NCBI RefSeq assembly: GCF_015706575.1 | Contig: NW_024037061.1 | Location: forward strand, 1,043,897 to 1,107,896 | Length of the DNA stretch: 64,000 nucleotides | Direction: 5' to 3' | Source: Patiria miniata | Lineage: Eukaryota | In this document: positions 1-9,520 of the stretch, one piece after another | Numbering within the stretch: the stretch's first letter is position 1 | Layout: each line of letters opens with the position of its first letter | Translations under genes and position numbers: made by a program | The notes under the pieces: model-generated | The model's database searches: none | Told to the model about the DNA's origin: nothing | What the model saw: only the letters and a program-made list of their open reading frames with translations

Positions 1-239
1 GCACACAAAACCCTAAACTGAAGAGTATGTACCAAAAATGACATCACAGCAAAAGCTTTAAATATTTAAAAAAATGAGAACACAATTTTGAACCCCCCCC
101 CCCAAACAAAACATGTTTACTAGTTTCACACCTTTCTGAAGAATGGAAATTACACAAAATTTGTTCTAGTGAAAATTCATGTTATGATCCCTTTAAATCT
201 ATTCTCCATTGACATGTGTTTTTAGTTTTGAAGACTCAC

Positions 240-2247
240 GTGCATGAGATTATAGTAATTAGGTTTCCCGGTGTAAAACAGAGTGTCAAACGGCCGGCCG
301 TCTGACGCAAACTGCGCAGCCTTCTGCGGTGGGTAGTAATCTGTCGGTGGCTGCATGAGGGGACGGGCTCTCTTCTCAAACAGGCCTGACGGAAACAGGT
401 AACGGATTGACCTCTGTGAAAAGAAAAACAATGTAGTGATTTTTTTTTAACATTTTTTTTTTAACAATTGAAATAAGGATGGTTTGCGGTTTGGAATCTT
501 CACATTTCGGACAGTCTTAAAGAGAGTTTCGTCTTTGCACTGATTGGCTCACTCATTGACTGAGCTGGTCACTTGTGAGCTGGGCAGTGCTATTGTATAG
601 GATGACAAAAGTACACCGTAATGCAAATACTGGGCTAAATCTGGCCCACTTGTCTAGACCAGTGACTAGCCATGCTGAACCAATTTTTAGCAATCTCAAA
701 CCATCTTTACCTGATGGTCTTGGAATAAATCATAGTTTTTTTTTATCAGTCCAAATACAAAAATAAAAACTACTTTTTCACCCGACTTTTTGAGAAAAAA
801 AAGGACGTGGGCACTTTTTGTTTGTTGTTGCCAATGACGGATTCAAGATGGCCGATGGTCAATTTTCAAAACATCCGCCCCATTCCTGAGATTTTTTTCC
901 AAGACAGCAGATGTTTTTTTTTCTCAAAAGTGCATTAACTTTTCTAAGATTAGCCTTTTAACTTTAAAATGGCAACTCAGTCCTGCTGGCAACAAATATT
1001 AAGACATAAGATGATTCTTACTGTGAAAACATCAGAAAATACGGCAGATTTTGCTTTCAAAAAGTGAAAAGTAAAAATTGTTTTGAATGATTCGGCGGGA
1101 AAAAACAGGATGTGGGCGGGGACTGCAAACTTTTTTTGCCTAAACTACAACAAGGTCTGGTTTCTCACGTTGACATCGTCCTGCGTGAATGTCTCCGGAT
1201 CCTCACCCATCATATTGGCAAGGTGACGGCGCCCTCGCTCGTATTCTTCCTGCTGTCGTTGAATCAGAGCATCTGTGCCAAAAAAAGTTTAGAAATGTAA
1301 AAGGTTTTCTCAGCAAAGGCTCTTGGCTTCAATTTTAAGTCATAAAAATGATAATTAATTTTCACTAGTGATTAAAGGTTTTGCTATTGTTTAGGGCTGT
1401 CCTCTTTCGAATAATTTTGTATTTGATTATTAGAATCTGCACTTGAGCGAATATTCGAATATTCGAAACTTGCCGATCATGTTTAACACAAGCCAGTTAA
1501 AGCTGCCTTCAAAAGCTGCCTTCAAAAGTTTTTTAAAGTTCTGTCCACAGATCACAAAACAAAAAGTGTTCTTTGAGCAAAATGAAAACAATTCTCACAG
1601 GGATGCGTGTGAATTGTTCTCGTTTTTCTAAAAGAACACGCACCTTTTTTGAAAGTGCTACAGGCAAAACTTCATTTGGGATGCTTTTTTTTTACTCACC
1701 CTGTAGGTGCCTGATTTAACACAGAATATCTTACAACTAGCTTGAGACTTTGAGTGCATAAAACCTGCAATCATATAAAATCAGGCCACTAACTTTACTC
1801 CCTCTTAACCGGACAATTTCTGTTTGTAGGCAGACCCTATCAAGCTTAAAAACAGTGCCATGCTGAACTCAATTTGCCAAACCTTCTAATCATGTGTCCC
1901 AACTATGGCAGTGGTCCCAACTACAGTTGGGGAAGTCCGGATCCGATCCTCATTGTAGTTGGGAACATCCAGGCTGTAGTTGGGTCCATCCAGCATGTCC
2001 AGACTGTAGTTGGGATCATTCCGACTGTAGTTGGGACAATGACGTAGTTGGGGCGTAACATCGCCATGCCATAAAGAAAAGCTTGACATAGAAGAAGCAA
2101 GGCGTTTAAGCAGTCCTTACCGAAAGCTGTTCGTCTGTCTTGCGCTGCGGCTATCATTGCCGACATCAGGTCCGTGGCTTCCTGAGGTTCCTCTTTAGGG
2201 GGCGTGGCCGAAGATGCTGCTCTACAGGCATGATGAATGGATGGACA
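240..2247 (-). CDS. Unidentified multi-exon gene fragment; continues beyond the window start. Exons (minus strand): 2247-2121, 1272-1169, 413-240.
   Basis: Three exons with canonical acceptors (ggtgcag|, ggcacag|, ttttcttttcacag|) and donors (|gtaagg, |gtgaga, |gtgagt). Phases are continuous: TTC G + AT gives ..TAF|[35 protein letters not shown]|[58 protein letters not shown]. No family recognised. Confidence 0.5.
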
Positions 2248-2724
2248 CTGCACCCCCCAAAAGAAAAATAGAACAGTGTTAATGTCTGCATAGGACAAAA
2301 GAGGGCGCTGTTGCTTGAAATTAATATAGAGTGTTTTCAAGTGATTTCTGGAAAATAGTGTTTCAGTGATTTTTTTTTTTTTTTTTCGGGGCTATCGTTA
2401 CAGCAGTCTACTATCTGGTTCCCTGACCTGACAAAATTCAATGTCAGAATCTTTGGCTCTTGGAACCAGACTACCGAACAGTTCTGACTTTAATGTTCTT
2501 TTAAAAAATCCTCAAAAAGACATGGACTAGGCCTATTAAGAAAAAAGTAAGTAACTACTTCACATTAAAAAGTAGACTTTGATTGAAAACATAAAACTTA
2601 CATACTTATGTAGGTAAAGAAAACTATTGTATTAAAGAACAAAATTTGAAGTAGAAAAAAAAACATTCTCACTGCACGGATTTGATCCTGGGATCTTTGG
2701 TATGGTCATGATGGTAGTGTTACA

Positions 2725-5457
2725 CACATGTACCGGTGTCGTGCCAAAAACCGTCCGGTGCCAAATAGTGTCCGCTAATTAGCATAATGCAATCTGATTG
2801 GCCACATGCGTCCATGACGTCACATTGTTTACGGAAGCTTGCAAATAGTGTCCGCGCTTAGCGTGCATCCTATTGCATGCCTTGTCGAGATGTCAAGGCG
2901 TCGTATAGATAAGATCTCTTTTCACCTGAATTTACATTTTACAATCTGTTTTAACGTTTTCCTTGTTATCTGTGATAACTATTAGACTAAGATTCCCTAA
3001 TAGTGTAAACATTATATTTGTGCAAAATGTTTGTTTTTTTCGTGTCAGTTCACCTGTTTGAAACACATGCAGTACGTACGAATAGGCCTAAAGTAACGCC
3101 GTAGTGTGTGTAGTTAGCTCTACTGAGTGGAGCGTTGAATTACGGGTACCCCTCCATACAAACGCTCCACCGATTTGCCATACTTTGGTGACGGCGTCAC
3201 AGTAGCATATAGTCACATACCCACGCGAGGACAAAAAGACCCCCCAAAAAACCGGTAAAGAGAATACAAATGAGAGAGACAGTTACCCTGGATTGATCTA
3301 CACATTCATGACATTCCATCAGACCCCTTACATTGTTCCCAAACAGCGAAAATTTTGAAGAAAAACAGCAAAATAGTCTGAAAACTTACAGCTCAATGAC
3401 TCGCCGTGAGGCTCAATCCTTGCACCGGTTTGCCGAATGAGGGCATCTGACGTGACGTCACCGTCGTTGCTCGATCGAAGAAAAACAAGTCGCGCTTTAT
3501 CAACGACTGTTTCGTGTAATGATACGTGCTCCTTGGGTGTGTTCAAAGCCCGTACTGTCGTACGGCGCGGATCGGAGCACGTATCATTGAATGACACGAA
3601 CAGTCGTTGATAAAGCGCGACTTGTTTTTCTTCGATCGAGCAACGACGGTGACGTCACGTCAGACGCCCTCATTCGGCAAACCGGTGCAAGGATTGAGCC
3701 TCACGGCGAACACATGAGGCTGTAAGTTTTCAGACTATTTTGCTGTTTTTCTTCAAAATTTTCGCTGTTTGGGAACAATGTAAGGGGTCTGATGGAATGT
3801 CATGAATGTGTAGATCAATCCAGGGTAACTGTCTCTCTCATTTGTATTCTCTTTACCGGGTTTTTGGGAGGTCTTTTTGTCCTCGCGTGGGTATGTGTCT
3901 ATGCTACTGTGACGCCGTCACCAAAGTATGGCAAATCGGTGGAGCGTTTGTATGGAGCGGTACCCGTAATTCAACGCTCCACTCAGTAGAGCTAGTGTAG
4001 TATAGTACTGTTCCGTGTAGCATTATAACCAACATTATTTCTGTTTGGTCAAAATCTAGAGGTCAAGATGCGGTTGTCTTGTACAATTAATCAGCGAATC
4101 TGAATGTCCATGGTCTATTGCATAGACTAGTCTGTGTGAGGGTTGCGCTTTAAAAGGTCTGAAACCCTGCAACTTTTTAAGAAGCTTGATCGAAGCACGC
4201 ATCGCCGACACCTATCAATGTCTCCAACGACAAGATAAATCATAATCATAAGCATAACACGAACATTTACATCTTTGCGTGCGTTTTAATCATCAATCAT
4301 TCGAAGACAATTCTCCCCCGCTGCTTTCCCCGTCATTGGCCCATGAACTTCGAGGTCATCGGTCGTATCGAAGGGACTTTCCCCAACTTTTACCGTTGGG
4401 TGATCAGTTGATAAAGCTCAGGCCACCAACCTCCAATTCCTCCGCATATGGTTTACAAAAACAAATCGAACCTCTGTTCTGAAACTATGTGTCATAGTGG
4501 ATTAATTTTGCTTTGTAATAATTCCTTCATTTTTAACCTGAAAGCATCTGAAAAATACAAATCATCAGGGCCATAGCCTGTCGATTGAAGGTGGTTTTAT
4601 GAGGTGGACCTTTTCATGTCTTATAAACAGCGGTTGAATAGGAAACATTTAGTCAAACTGAAATGTCAATCGCGAGGAAAAAGTGGACGTGCAGTTGATG
4701 TGTTTTTTTTAGGGGGGGTTCTTCTGACCCCCCCCCCTTCTCAAGTCCAGTGCTCGTGGCACAATTTAAATTTTCTGTCCTAATAACAATGACAATAGGT
4801 TCTCTTCTAATATCCCTTTTTGTTACAGTGATTAACAACAACAAAACAAACCAAACAAATTCAAGACTCAATGTCTTCCACTTTCAAGAGGATACAAAAC
4901 TTGAACACAATTTACCAGGAACAAAAAGTCAATATAACGAAAAATATATTATACACATAGACTGGCAATATGAGGTCACTAGTCTTTGTGCCCTGAGAGA
5001 CTGTGAGTGACCAGAAGAGGGTCCTATAATAGGACCCTAGCTCTTCCGGTCACTCACAGGCCCGAGGGGGCATAGACGTGCACTGAGGACCGAATTAATA
5101 TGCCAGATCCATGTTTTATAACTCATCTCTGTCCAAAATATTAAATAAGAAAAGAAACCTTTCAGTGTTTTATTCTTGAACTGTTTTAATTCAACAATTA
5201 ACTCCTAAGCAATTCAACTGTCAGCAATTCAACAATTTAAGGAACTTCACTTTTAGTTTCCCTAGATTACATTTTTGAATTTGAGTTTTGTCAGAGGGCG
5301 CTGTTACCAGTCAAACGTGCTCGATCAGGGGCTATATACTCTGGAAATTACGCGCGCGCGATGTCTCGACGCGCGTCTAGTTTCACACACTAGCCCATAT
5401 TAAGTGAATCACATGTGACCGCGTTTCAGCCAACCAGGATAATGAACAAGCAGGAGA
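2725..5457 (+). repeat. Left inverted-repeat arm of the composite element. Components: terminal motif, A segment, palindrome P, B segment, unit U.
   Basis: Reverse complement of 9521-12263. Sub-terminal direct repeats caaatagtgtccg occur three times near the terminus. Confidence 0.6.
3115..3993. repeat. Internal perfect palindrome P (arms about 435 bp, centre about 3557) within the left arm.
   Basis: tagctctactgagtggagcg...cgctccactcagtagagcta. The centre ccgtactgtcgtacgg is itself palindromic. It contains tgacgtca motifs. Confidence 0.7.
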
Positions 5458-5527
5458 TGACCAATCAGATCGCATTATGCTAGTAAGTGGACACTATTTG
5501 GCACCGGACAGTTTTTGGCACGACACC
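4279..5527 (+). repeat. Tandem sub-unit U1 (1.25 kb) of the left arm. It ends in a copy of the element's terminal motif.
   Basis: Starts taatcatcaatcattcgaagacaattctccc. Ends gaccaatcagatcgcattatgctagtaagtggacactatttggcaccggacagtttttggcacgacacc. Confidence 0.65.
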
Positions 5528-6777
5528 TGTCTTAATCATCAATCATTCGAAGACAATTCTCCCCCGCTGCTTTCCCCGTCATTGGCCCATGAACTTCGAG
5601 GTCATCGGTCGTATCGAAGGGACTTTCCCCAACTTTTACCGTTGGGTGATCAGTTGATAAAGCTCAGGCCACCAACCTCCAATTCCTCCGCATATGGTTT
5701 ACAAAAACAAATCAAACCTCTGTTCTGAAACTATGTGTCATAGTGGATTAATTTTGCTTTGTAATAATTCCTTCATTTTTAACCTGAAAGCATCTGAAAA
5801 ATACAAATCATCAGGGCCATAGCCAGTCGATGGAAGGTGGTTTTATGAGGTGGACCTTTTCATGTCTTATAAACAGCGGTTGAATAGGAAACATTTAGTC
5901 AAACTGAAATGTCAATCGCGAGGAAAAAGTGGACGTGCAGTTGATGTGTTTTTTTGGGGGGGGGGGTTCTTCTGACCCCCCTCCTCAAGTCCAGTGCTCG
6001 TGGCACAATTTAAATTTTCTGTCCTAATAACAATAACAATAGATTCTCTTCTAAAATCCCTTTTTGTTACAGTGATTAACAACAACAAAACAAACCAAAC
6101 AAATTCAAGACTCAATGTCTTCCACTTTCGAGAGGATACAAAACTTGAACACAATTTACGAGGAACAAAAAGTCAATATAACGAAAAATATATTATACAC
6201 ATAGACTGGCAATATGAGGTCACTAGTCTTTGTGCCCTGAGAGACTGTGAGTGACCAGAAGAGGGTCCTATAATAGGACCCTAGCTCTTCCGGTCACTCA
6301 CAGGCCCGAGGGGGCATAGACGTGCACTGGGGACCGAATTAATATGCCAGATCCGTGTGTTTTATAACTCATCTCTGTCCAAAATATTAAATAAGAAAAG
6401 AAACCTTTCAGTGTTTTATTCTTGAACTGTTTTAATTCAACAATTAACTCCTAAGCAATTCAACTGTCAGCAATTCAACAATTTAAGGAACTTCGCTTTT
6501 AGTTTCCCTAGATTACATTTTTGAATTTGAGTTTTGTCAGAGGGCGCTGTTACCAGTCAAACGTGCTCGATCAGGGGCTATATACTCTGGAAATTACGCG
6601 CGCGCGATGTCTCGACGCGCGTCTAGTTTCACACACTAGCCCATATTAAGTGAATCACATGTGACCGCGTTTCAGCCAACCAGGATAATGAACAAGCAGG
6701 AGATGACCAATCAGATCGCATTATGCTAGTAAGTGGACACTATTTGGCACCGGACGGTTTTTGGCACGACACCTGTC
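5528..6777 (+). repeat. Tandem sub-unit U2, near-identical to U1.
   Basis: ORF 5994..6254 is 96% identical to ORF 4750..5010. Ends with the same terminal-motif copy (6706-6777). Confidence 0.65.
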
Positions 6778-6910
6778 TTAATCATCAATCATTCGAAGAA
6801 AATTCTCCCCCGCTGCTTTCCCCGTCATTGGCCCATGAACTTCGAGGTCATCGGTCGTATCGAAGGGACTTTCCCCAACTTTTACCGGACGGTTTTTGGC
6901 ACGACACCGG
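6778..6910 (+). repeat. Truncated third unit (6778-6884) joined to a partial terminal motif (6885-6910), immediately upstream of the core gene's TATA box.
   Basis: The unit sequence breaks at ..ccaacttttaccg | gacggtttttggcacgacaccgg. Confidence 0.6.
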
Positions 6911-6948
6911 GCTTCGAGGTGAGCCAGTTGGAATCCTAGTTGCAATCC

Positions 6949-6956
6949 TATAAATA
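6949..6956 (+). promoter_or_regulatory. TATA box (tataaata) for the core Cys-rich gene.
   Basis: 126 bp upstream of the ATG at 7082. About 40 bp downstream of the inner terminal-motif copy. Confidence 0.45.
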
Positions 6957-7081
6957 CGGCACACTGGTTGTGGAGCTGGCACAGAACGGCCAAGAAAGTT
7001 AAGGGAAGCGACTTCAACTGCCGAACAGACGATTTCAAGTTGAGAGAAGCCGACACTTCATAGTTGCAATAATTCGACAAG

Positions 7082-7158
7082 ATGAATGCCTGTCATGTCA
7101 TCTTTGTTGTCGCCATTTCGGCCATCATGATCCTCGGTGCAAATGCAAACCGTAAATA
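7082..7158 (+). CDS. Exon 1 of the Cys-rich secreted protein gene (signal peptide).
   Basis: ATG; hydrophobic core; donor TA|gtaagt. Confidence 0.55.
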
Positions 7159-9156
7159 GTAAGTTCCGATTAAAGACTTGATTTAAAGCAAAGCAAAACA
7201 AAACAAATCTCCTGTTTCTGGTACACGCGCACATCGCCGTGGAACTTTTTTTCAATGTAAGATGATGTCTCAAAATAGGTTGACGGGAATCCTGCTGCCG
7301 CACAATTTTAACGTGTTTTTAGATGAGGTTACGTTCGAGTATAGGCTAAATTTATGTGGCCCCTCTGGGCTGCCATATATTTTGCACTAAATTTAGTCGG
7401 GCACCATTTTGCAGCCGGTATTGTAAATGTTTTAATTCAACCTCGTCCCCAGTGCTTACTTTATTTCCAACCGCGTTTCCAATAGTAAACCCTGGATAGG
7501 AAACTTTCTTCCTGTATCCTGATTGGATACCGCAATTGGCTAGTAATGGATATTTATCGTGTACTTGGTGCTATTATTCACAACGTGCAGTACGTGTTTT
7601 CGCGATCATTCGTCCCCGCCTTCTCGAAAATACTAATTTCCTTTCCAATTTGCTCATATTAATATGAACTATGATACTGCATGTTGTCTCGATAAGATCG
7701 TAACAGTTTGATTTCAAAAATCGTGTTTTCGTAACTCACGCCGTGCTCGCGCTGCTACGAATTGACTCTGTTTTTACCCCAGACACCGCATACAAAAACA
7801 AACGCTAATGTGTAACGCATATCCAGGCACCAGACTGTTCCTCATTTGCATACATGTGCACAAATCTTGCACATGCAAATGATCCAATACCAGGGTGAGA
7901 GAGCAGGTAGTGGTGGGCGCGTACTGCTCGACACCCTGGGAACGAGGTTGGTTTTAATTGTGCCAGACTGAGAGAGCGATGGTCGTGTATATCTGGAACC
8001 TGTAAACGCTTTAAAGAGGCGCAATATGTAAGGGAGCAGACTAATAACCAGCCTGACAGCACATGCACGATGTCGATGTCGCTGTTTGGTCTGACGTTAC
8101 CGTTTTCTCTGATTTTTGTCTTGACTTTCCAAATTTCCCAAAGAATGTTCGGGTCGGTCGAGATTGTTATGGGTGCAAAATTCTCAAGCCTTATGGCCTT
8201 ACCGAGGTCATCGCAGGTTGCACCCTGAGGGCTATTTTTGAGAGTTTTGGGGGGATAGGGGCGACCAAAATCCCCCAAAATGCCAGCCGTGGATATTCAT
8301 TCAAAGGGGGAGGGAGGGGGGGGGGGGCGTGGACAACACCATTACACTAGGGGCGTTGTTCATAATACAGCACATACATCTTTAACAAATGTATACATGT
8401 GCGTACGCGCCTTAAACATCAACACATTAAAACGGCGCATTTAATTAGAAACATCTCATTTTTCGATTGATGACATTCTGGTTGATGGGAAGCTTAGAAA
8501 AAAACCCCTGAAAATCCACATTTTTTTCTCAACACGAAAAAGTGCGAGGGGTGGGAGATCCAATTGCCCATCCCCACCCCCCCCCCCAGTCAAAAACTGG
8601 CCGGGGATGTATACCCCCCCTTCCCGGATTAACGCCCCTGCCTCCGACTTCCGTCATTTAAAGGGGAAAACTACTAACAAGTTAGTATGCAGTTCGAATC
8701 ATTACATTACCACTGAGCTTTGTATGTTTTGTTTTTCTTTGATGCAGCTGTTATTGCGATCTTCGATGGAGCACAACCCAGCTAAGAGCAGGGCAGAGCA
8801 CCAATGGTTTATGGTTCTTGGAGGACCTACCTAACCCGAGCTACCACCACTGGCTCGTCGTGGGCTGCCAGGCGGTCCATCGAAACTGCCCCACCGACTG
8901 CCTGGATGAGGCCCATGACTGGATGGGCGGGTCTAGGTTCACCAACACGGCGGGCCAGCTGGCCTGCGAGAGCGTGCGGAGGAACGCGCCTCCAGGCAGT
9001 CCGATCTACGTGTACGCAACGTACGACAGCGTGTGCGGCGATCGCACGTGGCAGTATGTGGCCCCGCTCTGCTGCTGGAAGATCACGCTCCCTGGCTACG
9101 GCAACACCTTTGTGTACAACCACAGATGTGAAAATTCGAGTCCACCAAGATACTGA
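7082..9156 (+). CDS. Two-exon gene (exons 7082-7158 and 8748-9156) for a small secreted cysteine-rich protein, about 161 aa. Family not recognised.
   Basis: Exon 1 ATGAATGCC... encodes the signal-peptide-like MNACHVIFVVAISAIMILGANANRK and ends phase 2 (..AAA TA) at a consensus donor |gtaagt. Exon 2 follows a pyrimidine-rich acceptor ttttgtttttctttgatgcag| and restores the frame: TA+C gives Y, then CYCDLRWSTTQLRAGQSTNGLWFLEDLPNPSYHHWLVVGCQAVHRNCPTDCLDEAHDWMGGSRFTNTAGQLACESVRRNAPPGSPIYVYATYDSVCGDRTWQYVAPLCCWKITLPGYGNTFVYNHRCENSSPPRY*. 10 Cys. TGA at 9154-9156. Confidence 0.55.
8748..9156 (+). CDS. Exon 2 of the Cys-rich secreted protein gene.
   Basis: Acceptor gatgcag|. Open frame to TGA at 9156. 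Corresponds to ORF 8818..9156 extended upstream. Confidence 0.55.
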
Positions 9157-9283
9157 GTTGTTTCTAGTTACTACCATACACATGATGGTTGGTGCCATGA
9201 TGCTGACTAGCGAAGCTTCAACTTCATGTGAACTCATACACAGACTGCATGGCGCTGACGCTGTAACATTGCTATTGCGAAAC

Positions 9284-9289
9284 AATAAA
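9284..9289 (+). terminator. Poly(A) signal AATAAA for the core gene. A second one lies at 9339-9344.
   Basis: 128 bp and 183 bp downstream of the stop codon. Confidence 0.4.
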
Positions 9290-9520
9290 TTGTTGCAAAG
9301 TTTATTTTCAGATTTAAGTCAAAGTACCAAACTACTTCAATAAACGGTATTTTGGAAGTTGTAGTACTCAGAACATATACTTGTTACACCCCCTAATTCG
9401 CTTGAACTCTGTCCCGTTAAAATTTAGAAAACAGTAGTCATAATTACCGATTTTTTTATTGATTTACTTAACGTGCAGTAAACGTAATAAATTAACATTG
9501 TGAGGCTATTTTCGTTTTTA

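Noticed and set aside
3328-4000. ORFs 3328..3597(-), 3792..3989(+) and 3806..4000(+), and their mirror twins 11387..11656(+), 10994..11191(-) and 10983..11177(-).
   Set aside because: They are symmetric images of each other created by the palindromes and inverted arms. They have no splice signals or family similarity. They are useful only as a measure of arm identity (1 aa difference).
4279-6254. Repeated ORFs inside the 1.25-kb units (4279..4482, 4750..5010, 5477..5728, 5994..6254 and the 9973..10700 copies).
   Set aside because: Low-complexity translations of the tandem unit. Both strands give ORFs of similar length. Nothing resembles a transposase or any known domain.
7805-8278. 157-aa minus-strand ORF 7805..8278.
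   Set aside because: It lies wholly within the intron of the Cys-rich gene, has no homology and no splice or promoter context, and overlaps G/C-tract repeat sequence.
8804-9343. Alternative plus-frame ORF 8804..9343 (179 aa) and minus ORF 8827..9285 (152 aa) overlapping exon 2 of the core gene.
   Set aside because: Only the 8749-frame joins in phase to the signal-peptide exon through consensus splice sites. The others are Ala/Arg-rich translations typical of GC-rich alternative frames.
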